A DNA stretch of 64,000 bases, taken from an uncultured Actinomycetota bacterium. Lineage in GTDB: Bacteria > Actinomycetota > Actinomycetes > JAHEKZ01. Below are positions 37,908 to 46,477 of this stretch, in pieces. The notes beneath the pieces were generated by a model. The model saw only the letters and a program-made list of their open reading frames with translations, ran no database searches and was not told the origin of the DNA. A program made the translations under genes and the position numbers. Location: positions 896,001-960,000 of the forward strand of contig CAWHIJ010000003.1 in assembly GCA_963829525.1 (NCBI GenBank), read 5' to 3'. Positions within the stretch are counted from its first letter, which is position 1. Each line of letters opens with the position of its first letter.

Positions 37908-39449
37908 TCACGCCGTGTTGGTGGTGGAGCCTCCGCTACGCCGACGACGACGCCGCCGACGGGGCGCGTCTGAGCCGGCATCACTTGGGGCGGTGGTGGC
38001 GGCCGCGGGGGCGCTGCCGTTGTCACTGGCGCTGCCAGCAGAGGATCCGCCGCGGGTGCGCTGCCTGTTTCGGGGCTGGCCGCTCTTTTGGCTGCCCCCG
38101 CTGCCCTCGCGCGGCTTCGATCCGCCACGCGGACGCCCTGAGTCAGATCCTCGCGGTTGACGGCGGGCCTTTCCCGTCTCACCGAGGTCCTCGAGCTCCT
38201 CGGCTGCCAGGCCTTCACGGGTGCGCTGGGCCTTGGGCAGCTCGCCCTTGGTGCCCGGTGCGATGTCAAGATCGCTGAAGAGGTGCGGCGAGGTGGAGTA
38301 TGTCTCGACCGGGTCGTCGAACGGCAACCCGAGCGTCTTGTTGATCAGGATCCACCGCGGAAGGTCTTGCCAGTCGACCAGCGTGACGGCGACGCCGGTG
38401 GCTCCAGCGCGCGCTGTCCGGCCGATGCGGTGGACGTAGCTCTTCTCGTCGTCGGGGCAGTTGTAGTTGACGACGTGCGTGATGCCGTCGATGTCGATTC
38501 CGCGGGCTGCGACGTCGGTGGCGACCAGAACGTCGACCTTGCCGTTCCGGAATGCCCGCATCGCCTGCTCGCGGGCGCCCTGCCCGAGGTCGCCATGCAC
38601 CGACCCAACCGCGAACCCACGCGAGCTGAGGTCGTCGGCAAGCTTCTGTGCCTGACGTTTGGTGGGGCAGAAGATGATGGTGTGCCCGCGTCCCTCGGAC
38701 TGGAGGATGCGGGCGACGATTTCGGCCTTGTCGACGGGATGCGTGCGGTAGGCGTGCTGCTGCACACGCTTGACCAGCTGGCTGTTGTCCTCGTCTGGGT
38801 CGATCGCCCTGATGTGCGTCGGTTGGTTCATGTAGCGCCGTGCCAGAGCGATGACGTCGCCGGGCATGGTGGCCGAGAACAACATCGTCTGACGGTCACC
38901 GGGCGTCAACGCCACGATGCGCTCGACATCGGGAAGAAACCCCATGTCGAGCATCTCGTCGGCCTCGTCGAGGACGAGCGTCTTGATAGCGCCGAGGTGA
39001 AGGTGTCGCTTCTCGACGAGGTCGAGGAGGCGTCCTGGTGTGCCGACGACGACGTCGACTCCGGCTTCAAGGGCCTCGACCTGAGGTTCGTAGGAGCGTC
39101 CGCCATAAACGGTGAGTACGCGGGCACCGCGCGTCTTGCTGGCATGCCGGATCTCGCCCGCGACCTGCATCGCCAACTCGCGGGTGGGGACCACCACGAG
39201 CGCCTGCGGCGTTGCCGACGGCTCGTGGTCGGGGTGCACGGGGTCGTTGGGGGCTGCTAGGCGTTCCAGCAGCGGGAGCGCGAAGCCAAGCGTCTTCCCG
39301 GTGCCGGTTTTGGCCTGGCCAATGACGTCGTGACCGTCGAGCGCAACCGGGAGGGTGAGCTCTTGGATGGGAAACGCCTCAGAAATGCCCAGGTGAGCCA
39401 GATCGGCCACCGTTTCGGAACGGATGCCGAGGTCAGCAAATGTAGTCAG
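37908..39449 (-). CDS. DEAD-box RNA helicase (RhlE-like), probable CTG start
   Basis: Q motif FADLG..FPIQ, AKTGTGKT, PTRELA, DEAD, SAT, HRIGRTARAG; basic tail. Confidence 0.95.
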   Translation of the reverse strand: MTTFADLGIRSETVADLAHLGISEAFPIQELTLPVALDGHDVIGQAKTGTGKTLGFALPLLERLAAPNDPVHPDHEPSATPQALVVVPTRELAMQVAGEIRHASKTRGARVLTVYGGRSYEPQVEALEAGVDVVVGTPGRLLDLVEKRHLHLGAIKTLVLDEADEMLDMGFLPDVERIVALTPGDRQTMLFSATMPGDVIALARRYMNQPTHIRAIDPDEDNSQLVKRVQQHAYRTHPVDKAEIVARILQSEGRGHTIIFCPTKRQAQKLADDLSSRGFAVGSVHGDLGQGAREQAMRAFRNGKVDVLVATDVAARGIDIDGITHVVNYNCPDDEKSYVHRIGRTARAGATGVAVTLVDWQDLPRWILINKTLGLPFDDPVETYSTSPHLFSDLDIAPGTKGELPKAQRTREGLAAEELEDLGETGKARRQPRGSDSGRPRGGSKPREGSGGSQKSGQPRNRQRTRGGSSAGSASDNGSAPAAATTAPSDAGSDAPRRRRRRRRSGGSTTNTA

Positions 39450-39515
39450 TGGGTCCGCCTTGCCGGTCGATGACGGCTCCCAGCCTACCTCTCGCCGGCT
39501 CGCTACCCTTCGGCT

Positions 39516-40181
39516 ATGCCTGATGCCGCCTATGACGCTGCTGTGATCGACCTGCTGGGAGTCCTTGCCTACGGCGAGCTTTCGGCCTTCGAGAGGCTCT
39601 GCGCCGACGCCGCGCTTGCCCCTACGTTGGATGACAAGGCGGAGGTCGCTGCGATGGCTTGTGCCGAGTTCGGGCATTTTCAGCAGCTGCGCAGCAGACT
39701 CCTAGATCTCGGGGCGTCACCGGAGGAATCCATGCGCCCCTTCGTCACCCCGCTGGACACGTTCCACGCCTCAACAGCGCCGGCCGACTGGCTGGAGGGC
39801 CTCGTCAAGGCTTACGTCGGTGACGGGATCGCTGCCGACTTCTACCGCGAGATCTCCGTCCTTCTGGACGACCCGACACGAGAGCTGGTGCTCGAGGTAT
39901 TCGCTGACACAGGTCACTCCAACTTTGTCGTCAGCAAGGTGCGGACTGCGATTGAGGTCGACCCACGCGTTGCTGGTCGGTTGGCTCTTTGGGGTCGGCG
40001 CCTGATGGGGGAGGCGCTCAGCCAGGCGCAGCGGGTGGCCGCCGAACGCGACGCTCTAGCCGGCCTGCTCGCTGGCGCCGTCGGCGGGGGCGGGATGGAC
40101 CTTGTCGAACTCAGTCGGATGTTTACCCGAATCGCCGAGCAGCACAGCAAGCGGATGGCCGCTCTCGGCCTGGCGGCCTAG
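39516..40181 (+). CDS. Ferritin-like fold protein (MiaE-like)
   Basis: LAYGELSAFERL, EFGH, WLEGLVKAYVGDG, RLALWGRRLMGEAL. Confidence 0.88.
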   Translation: MPDAAYDAAVIDLLGVLAYGELSAFERLCADAALAPTLDDKAEVAAMACAEFGHFQQLRSRLLDLGASPEESMRPFVTPLDTFHASTAPADWLEGLVKAYVGDGIAADFYREISVLLDDPTRELVLEVFADTGHSNFVVSKVRTAIEVDPRVAGRLALWGRRLMGEALSQAQRVAAERDALAGLLAGAVGGGGMDLVELSRMFTRIAEQHSKRMAALGLAA

Positions 40182-40217
40182 CCCTGCCATTCAGGTCTGC
40201 ACTCGGCGAGCCTTGAG

Positions 40218-40445
40218 TTACATGGCTCCGAAGCCGACGCGACGCGCCTCCTGCTCGCCGATCTCGACGTAGGCCAACTTGTCGGCCGGCACCAGGACGC
40301 GGCGACCGCGCAAATCAGTGAGATCGAAGAGAGCAGCTGGGTCGGTCGCGCAGGTCTTGACCATGGACGAGACGTCGTCCGGTGTCAGCTCGGTCTCCAC
40401 GACCAGCTCTCGGGCTACGCCCTTCACACCGACCTTGACCTCCAT
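40218..40445 (-). CDS. DUF3107 family protein
   Basis: MEVKVGV..RELV...LAYVEIG..RRVGFG; SD ggagg. Confidence 0.92.
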   Translation of the reverse strand: MEVKVGVKGVARELVVETELTPDDVSSMVKTCATDPAALFDLTDLRGRRVLVPADKLAYVEIGEQEARRVGFGAM

Positions 40446-40496
40446 GCCGACCTCCACTCGCCTTGACTGCCACGAGCCTGTGCCCGCGGCGTCAGG

Positions 40497-41156
40497 TTAG
40501 TCGACGGACTCTCCGTCGGCGCGAGGGAACCCGCTGATGCCACGCCAAGCCAACGATGCGATGAGGCTTTCGGCACTTGCTCGTGGCAGTGCCCCGTCTT
40601 GGGTGAGCCACCATCGGGCGGCTACCTGCGCGCTACCGGTGAGCCCAGCGGCGAGCAGCATGGCGGCCTCGTGGTCAAACTGGGTGTCCTCAGCGATCAC
40701 CTCGGTCACGGCGAGGGTGCAGGCGTGCATGACGGCGTCCACTCGTTCGCGCACCGCAGGCTCACCGGTCAGGTCAGACTCGAAGACCAGTCGGAAGGTG
40801 CTGTCCGGATCAGACATGAAGGCGAAGTAGGCGCCGATGGTGGCGTTGACCCGCTCATGGTTGTCAGATGTCGAGGCCAGGGCGTCGCGAACGGCCAGCT
40901 CCAGCGCTTCAGAACCTGTGTCGAGCAGGGCCAGGTAGAGCTCGAGCTTTCCGGGGAAGTGCTGGTAGAGGACCGGCTTGCTGATGCCTGCGTGAGCGGC
41001 GATGGCGTCCATTGAGGCGGCGTGATAGCCCGAGACGACAAAGACCTGCCGGGCGGCGTCGAGCAACTGGCCGCGCCGCTCGGTCCGGCTCAACCGCCCA
41101 CGACCCGCTGGGGGGCCTTCGGAACTGCCGGTTTGGGCATCTTCCTCGTCGGCCAT
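40497..41156 (-). CDS. TetR/AcrR family regulator
   Basis: HTH MDAIAAHAGISKPVLYQHFPGK; WRGISGFP. Confidence 0.94.
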   Translation of the reverse strand: MADEEDAQTGSSEGPPAGRGRLSRTERRGQLLDAARQVFVVSGYHAASMDAIAAHAGISKPVLYQHFPGKLELYLALLDTGSEALELAVRDALASTSDNHERVNATIGAYFAFMSDPDSTFRLVFESDLTGEPAVRERVDAVMHACTLAVTEVIAEDTQFDHEAAMLLAAGLTGSAQVAARWWLTQDGALPRASAESLIASLAWRGISGFPRADGESVD

Positions 41157-41287
41157 GCCGCTGGAGCCTACTCTCCAGTAACGGCAGTTGAGGTCCAGAT
41201 CACCCGTGCCGATGCAAGGATGGGGGGCGAGCGGCCCCGCGACTGACGCTGCCCACGGGTGGGCGGCCGACGGAAGGACTTTCTTAC

Positions 41288-42112
41288 GTGAGCTCCGAGG
41301 CGACGCTGCTGGACGCGCTACGCGCGGTTCCGGGCGTTGCGGCTGCCGATCTGGAGCCGGACGAGCGTCCGGACGGTGCCGGCACGCTTCGCCTGCAACT
41401 AGCCCCTGGTGCTGACGAGATCGCCGTCGCCACCAGCGTCAACCGCGTCCTGCGCGAGCAGTTCGGGCTTGCCGTCGACGCCGGGCGCGTCCAGGTGGTC
41501 GAGGAGTCGGTGCCGATGGCAGCTGCCGCACCCGGGACTCCTGAACCTCCACCGGTCCCAACGCCGACGCCAGCGGCCGCTGGCACGCTGACCCAGCCAG
41601 TGCCGGAGGGTACCGAGTCGAACCGTCCCACGCTGACAGCCGTGCCCGAGTACCGAAGCGCCGAACTGCCCCCCGAGTTCGACCCCGACCTCACCCCCGA
41701 GCTGATCGAGTCGACCAGGCCGCCACGGATACTGATCCAGCGCATGCAGCTGGTCTCGGCCGGCCTCGGAGTGACCACCTCGGTGTCGCTCAGCTGGTTG
41801 GGCGAGGCCTATCTGGGTGAGTCGTCGGCAGCGGCGACGCCGTCGAGCGTTCACAGGTCCGTTGCCACTGCGACGCTCCGTGCCCTGGAAGAGGTCGTGG
41901 GTACGGCCGCGCGCTTCGAGCTCGAGCAGCTCGAGATCAACCAACTCGGTCCTGACCGTGCCGTGGTGGTAGTCGTGTCGATGTTGACCAAGCTGGGGTC
42001 AGAGCGCCTGACCGGTGTGTCAGTCGTTCGCGAGGACGTTCGTCAGGCGGTCATCCGAGCCACGCTCGACGCGCTCAACCGCAGGCTCGAGTCTCTTCTT
42101 CATCCAGCGTGA
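41288..42112 (+). CDS. Hypothetical protein; C-terminus resembles a LeuA-type regulatory domain
   Basis: Pro-rich linker, then a duplicated beta-beta-beta-alpha pattern ending ATLRALE / ATLDALN. Confidence 0.65.
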   Translation: MSSEATLLDALRAVPGVAAADLEPDERPDGAGTLRLQLAPGADEIAVATSVNRVLREQFGLAVDAGRVQVVEESVPMAAAAPGTPEPPPVPTPTPAAAGTLTQPVPEGTESNRPTLTAVPEYRSAELPPEFDPDLTPELIESTRPPRILIQRMQLVSAGLGVTTSVSLSWLGEAYLGESSAAATPSSVHRSVATATLRALEEVVGTAARFELEQLEINQLGPDRAVVVVVSMLTKLGSERLTGVSVVREDVRQAVIRATLDALNRRLESLLHPA

Positions 42113-43029
42113 GCACCCCGCACTGGCCAGGAGCTGAGCGATCGGTTGCCGGTAGGACGCTCTTTGTGCGTTCCTCGGCGTCGACCTCCTCCGCGCAGCC
42201 ACGCCCGCGGGCCCTGATGATCCATGGCCTGGGTGGCCAGGCGACCAACTGGACCGACCTGATGGCCGAGATGGTCGACGATGTCGAGGGGTGGGCTCCC
42301 GACCTCCCGGGGTTCGGCTGGTCGGCGCCTCCGCCGGACGCCGACTACTCGCTCACCGCCGATGCGGAGATCTTGTCGACGCTGCTCGAAGACCTCTATG
42401 CCGAGCGCGACGAGCCGATCCACGTGTTCGGCAACTCGATGGGTGGGGCGGTCGCTGTGCTGGTCGCCGCTGCGCGTCCTGACCTGGTGGCATCCTTGAC
42501 GCTCATCTCGCCAGCTCTCCCCGACCTCCGCCCGAGGCGCGACACCATGGGCGTTCCGGTCGTTGCCGTCCCAGGGCTCGGGCGCCAGCTTGTGGCTCGG
42601 ATGGCTCAAGTCCCAGCAAACCGCCAGGTGCAGGGCATGGTTGCTCTCAACTACGGAGACGCCACCACCTTCACTCCAGAACGCCGGTCTGAGGCTGTTG
42701 CCGAGGTGGAGCGAAGGCTTGCGCTTCCCTACGCGGGAGAGGCGCTCTCGGGTGCAGCTCGCGGGCTGTTGCGTGCGTTCATCGACCCAGGACCCGGAGG
42801 TCTATGGGCCACCGCTTCGCAGATCGCGTGCCCAACGCTGGTGATCTACGGCGGTCGTGATCGACTGGTGGACCCGCGTCGCAGCCGGCGCGCGGCGAGA
42901 CACATGCCCCACGCACAGATTGTCACGCTGCCCAAGGCGGGGCACGTGGCGCAGATGGAAGATCCAGCACTGGTGGCACGATTCGTGCGGCCGCTGCTCG
43001 CCGACTCGCGGCATTCCGCGTCGCGGTGA
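42109..43029 (+). CDS. Alpha/beta hydrolase
   Basis: HGLGGQATNW, DLPGFG, GNSMGG, GHVAQME. Confidence 0.9.
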   Translation: MSTPHWPGAERSVAGRTLFVRSSASTSSAQPRPRALMIHGLGGQATNWTDLMAEMVDDVEGWAPDLPGFGWSAPPPDADYSLTADAEILSTLLEDLYAERDEPIHVFGNSMGGAVAVLVAAARPDLVASLTLISPALPDLRPRRDTMGVPVVAVPGLGRQLVARMAQVPANRQVQGMVALNYGDATTFTPERRSEAVAEVERRLALPYAGEALSGAARGLLRAFIDPGPGGLWATASQIACPTLVIYGGRDRLVDPRRSRRAARHMPHAQIVTLPKAGHVAQMEDPALVARFVRPLLADSRHSASR

Positions 43030-43841
43030 CGGACGCGCAAGTCCCCGACGACGTCGCGGCGGCGATCCCCGAAGCTGCTGGTTCGACGTGGTCATGGCTC
43101 GCAGGTCTCACCGGTGGCGCGTGGCTTGTGCGTCCAGTGAGCGGGCCCGCTCTAGTGGTCCGTCAGGCGTCTGGCCGAGAAGTCCTCGTTGCGCGGGCAG
43201 CCGCCGCAGCGGACGTCGGGCCGGAGGTCGTGGCGTCGCCAACAGGTTGGCTTGCCGTCGAGCACCTGGAGGGCCGGCACGTCCGCGCCGTGGAGCTAAG
43301 TCGGCCGACCGTGCTGGCCGAGCTGGCCGACCTGCTCCGTCGCTTGCACCAGATCGATCTGACGCTGACCGAGGCGCCCCTGAAGTCCGCACGAGCGGTC
43401 TACCTCGCTGGCATCCCGAGGGGCACGGTGCCGACTGCTTTAAGGGTTGACTCCGCGCTGGCCGATTCTTTCGAGACTCAGTTGGCCGAGTCAGCTGTCC
43501 GCCGAGTGCCGGCGCACCTCGACGTGGTGGCCAACGTCTTAGAGACGCCGCGCGGGCTGCGGCTCATCGACTTCGAGTACGCCGCCGCAGCCGACCCCGC
43601 CCGCGAGCTGGGTCAGGTGGTTTGGGAAGCAGAGCTTGACCGGCAGGAGTCTGAGCGGCTGGTGCGCGCGTACGCGACCGATGCTGACGTTGCCGTGGAG
43701 GCAACTGCGCTGTGGGCCTGGATCACTGGGGTGACGTGGACACTGTGGGCGATGGCGTGTCAAGGCGATCCGGTGTTCGAACGTTACGCGCGTCGTTCCT
43801 TTGAGCGGTTGCGTCGACATTGGGCTCGTCCGGGCGGCTGA
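43026..43841 (+). CDS. Choline/aminoglycoside kinase-like phosphotransferase
   Basis: HLD..N, LIDFEYA. Confidence 0.8.
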   Translation: MTDAQVPDDVAAAIPEAAGSTWSWLAGLTGGAWLVRPVSGPALVVRQASGREVLVARAAAAADVGPEVVASPTGWLAVEHLEGRHVRAVELSRPTVLAELADLLRRLHQIDLTLTEAPLKSARAVYLAGIPRGTVPTALRVDSALADSFETQLAESAVRRVPAHLDVVANVLETPRGLRLIDFEYAAAADPARELGQVVWEAELDRQESERLVRAYATDADVAVEATALWAWITGVTWTLWAMACQGDPVFERYARRSFERLRRHWARPGG

Positions 43842-43931
43842 TCTGAGGAATCAGAATTCCCGGGCAAAAGTTGTGTCAAACGTGCCCCAGTGGCAGTGAT
43901 CTCTGGTTGTCTGCACTGTGGGTGAAAGCCC

Positions 43932-43997
43932 CCGAGACGGCCCCCCTGCTCTGCGTCCCCCCTCGGAGCAGGGGGGTCCTCCTCGGCGGCATCTCGG
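43932..43997 (+). ncRNA. Candidate sRNA hairpin with C6 loop (6C-like)
   Basis: 15-bp stem 43939-43953/43964-43978, loop cgtcccccct, outer ccgaga/tctcgg pairing. Confidence 0.4.
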
Positions 43998-44071
43998 AGT
44001 TGAGCGGGCGGGGCAAGAGCGCCGAGCGGACGATGAATGGGCCGGCCGGGCGGCAGATGGGCATCTCCGGG

Positions 44072-44599
44072 CTACAGAGTGGCGTCGCCCGGGGTCCAGC
44101 CACATGGCGTTGACTCGCCGGTCTGCAAGGCGTCAAGAACTCGCAGCACCTCGTCGACGTTGCGACCGACGTCTCCGGAGTTGACCATAGAGAACTGCAC
44201 GACGTTGTCGGCGTCGACGATGAACGTGGCGCGTTGGGCGACGCCGTCTTCGCCCAGGACGCCGCAGGCGTCGCTGAGCTCACGCTTGGTGTCGGCGAGC
44301 ATGGGGAAGGGAAGGTCAGCGAGGTCGGCGCGACTCTGGCGCCAGGCAAGATGGACGAACTCGGTGTCGGTCGAGACCCCGAGCACCTGGGTGCCGCGCT
44401 CGGCGAAGTCGGTGTCGAGCGCGCCGAAGGCCACCAGCTCCGTCGGGCACACGGAGGTGAAGTCCATCGGCCAGAAGAAGACGACGCGCCACTTGCCGTC
44501 GTACTCCTTGTGATCGATCGTTGCGAACTCCTTGCCCTCCTCCGTTGAGATACAGGCATACACCTCGAATGGCGGGAAGTGGTCGCCGACGGTGATCAC
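44072..44599 (-). CDS. ahpC: 2-Cys peroxiredoxin
   Basis: FFWPMDFTSVCPTE, VGRNVDEVLRVLDALQT, resolving Cys in TPCGW. Confidence 0.92.
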   Translation of the reverse strand: MITVGDHFPPFEVYACISTEEGKEFATIDHKEYDGKWRVVFFWPMDFTSVCPTELVAFGALDTDFAERGTQVLGVSTDTEFVHLAWRQSRADLADLPFPMLADTKRELSDACGVLGEDGVAQRATFIVDADNVVQFSMVNSGDVGRNVDEVLRVLDALQTGESTPCGWTPGDATL

Positions 44600-44789
44600 G
44601 GAGGCTCGCTCTCGATAGGAAACGTGTAGAGGGTCAGTGCGGGTGCAACAGGACCCTAGAAGCACGACGACCGCACAAAACGCAGCGGGTCCGTGCGAGT
44701 GCGTCCACATAATGGACATCGTTCTCGGAATGCGAGCAGGTCGGGCAGAGTTATGAGGGAGAATCCGCCGTCTCTGGACCCGCCTGGGA

Positions 44790-45989
44790 GTGACCGTGAC
44801 CAGCCTGCCCCCGCTTGTCGAGCCCTCCGCTGACCTGTCGGTCGACGAGGTCAAGCGCTATTCGCGACACATCATCATTCCCGAAGTGGCGATGGCTGGT
44901 CAGAAGCGTTTGAAGAACGCCAGGGTTCTGGCAATCGGCGCCGGTGGGCTGGGCTCTCCCGTATTGGTATACCTGGCAGCCGCCGGCGTCGGCACCATCG
45001 GCATCGTCGAGTTCGACATCGTCGACGAGTCGAACCTTCAGCGCCAGATCATCCACGGGCAGAGCGACGTCGGCCGCTCCAAGGCCGAGTCGGCCCGAGA
45101 CTCGATCAAAGAGATCAACCCGTTCGTCACCGTTCAGGTGCATGAAGAGCGACTCGACTCGACCAACGTCATGCAGATCTTCAGCCAGTACGACCTCATC
45201 GTCGACGGCACCGACAACTTCGCGACGCGCTACCTTGTCAACGACGCAGCCGTCCTTCTCGGCAAGCCCTACGTGTGGGGCTCGATCTACCGGTTCGACG
45301 GGCAGGCGAGCGTCTTTTGGGCCGAACACGGGCCCTGCTACCGGTGCCTCTACCCGGAGCCTCCGCCTCCCGGCATGGTGCCCTCGTGCGCAGAGGGCGG
45401 CGTCCTTGGCGTCATGGCGGGCACGATCGGAACGTTCCAGGCAAACGAGGCCATCAAGCTGATCACCGGCATCGGTGACAGCCTGATCGGTCAGCTTGTC
45501 ATCTACGACGCTTTGGAGGCGCAGGTGCGCAAGGTGCGCATCCGCAAGGACCCGAACTGCGCCGTCTGCGGTGAGAACCCGAGCGTTACCGAGCTAATCG
45601 ACTACGAGGCGTTCTGCGGAACGATCTCCGAGGCCGCAGTCGATGCCGCCCGTGGGTCAACGATCAGCGTGCGTGACCTCGACGAGATGCTTGAGCGGCG
45701 CAAACGTGGCGAGACAGACTTTCTGCTCGTTGACGTGCGTGAGCCGGCCGAGCGAGAGATCGTCTCCATCGATGGTTCGGTGCTGATCCCCAAGAACGAG
45801 TTCCTGCTCGGGGACGCGCTGCAGTCCTTGCCGCATGACAAGCCCGTTGTCATCTACTGCAAAGTCGGCGGCCGTTCAGCAGAGGTGCTTGCAGTCGTCA
45901 AGGGCGCCGGTTTCGCCAACGCCCAGCACGTCGGTGGTGGAGTGGTCGCATGGGTCAACCAGATCGAGCCGAGCAAACCCACTTACTGA
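44790..45989 (+). CDS. moeZ: Adenylyltransferase/sulfurtransferase (ThiF plus rhodanese)
   Basis: RYSRH, GAGGLGSP, SNLQRQ, CYRC, SCAEGGVLG, YCKVGGRS. Confidence 0.93.
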   Translation: MTVTSLPPLVEPSADLSVDEVKRYSRHIIIPEVAMAGQKRLKNARVLAIGAGGLGSPVLVYLAAAGVGTIGIVEFDIVDESNLQRQIIHGQSDVGRSKAESARDSIKEINPFVTVQVHEERLDSTNVMQIFSQYDLIVDGTDNFATRYLVNDAAVLLGKPYVWGSIYRFDGQASVFWAEHGPCYRCLYPEPPPPGMVPSCAEGGVLGVMAGTIGTFQANEAIKLITGIGDSLIGQLVIYDALEAQVRKVRIRKDPNCAVCGENPSVTELIDYEAFCGTISEAAVDAARGSTISVRDLDEMLERRKRGETDFLLVDVREPAEREIVSIDGSVLIPKNEFLLGDALQSLPHDKPVVIYCKVGGRSAEVLAVVKGAGFANAQHVGGGVVAWVNQIEPSKPTY

Positions 45990-46014
45990 CCAATCGCTGG
46001 CCCATAATGCTGCG

Positions 46015-46419
46015 ATGACGCTACTAATCGACTGCCTGACCATCGACTGCTCAGATCCTCAACTGTTGGCGGACTTTTGGTCGCAGGCGCTCGGATGGCA
46101 GGTAGTTTTCGCTGACGAGTACGAGATCGCCATTGCTGCGCCCGGTGAGAAGGTGGGCGTCCCTGACCTGCTGTTCCTTAGGGTCCCCGATACCAAGCAA
46201 GTGAAGAACCGCCTCCATCTGGACCTCCGTCCGGACGACCGCGACGCCGAGATTGCCCGCCTCGAGTCGCTCGGCGCCTCCCGCGTGGAAATCGGTCAGA
46301 AGGGCGACGAGTCATGGGTTGTGCTGGCTGACCCCGAGGGCAACGAGTTTTGTATCTTGCGAGCGCAGGCCGCAGGTGACTCAAAGTACGAAGGAGACGT
46401 CGGTTTCCCATCCCCCTGA
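46015..46419 (+). CDS. VOC/glyoxalase family protein
   Basis: KNRLHLDL, LADPEGNEFC. Confidence 0.92.
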   Translation: MTLLIDCLTIDCSDPQLLADFWSQALGWQVVFADEYEIAIAAPGEKVGVPDLLFLRVPDTKQVKNRLHLDLRPDDRDAEIARLESLGASRVEIGQKGDESWVVLADPEGNEFCILRAQAAGDSKYEGDVGFPSP

Positions 46420-46477
46420 CCCCTCAGACCGCGTGGGCACATTGACTGCACAGGAGCGAGTGAAACGTTGCGGGTGG

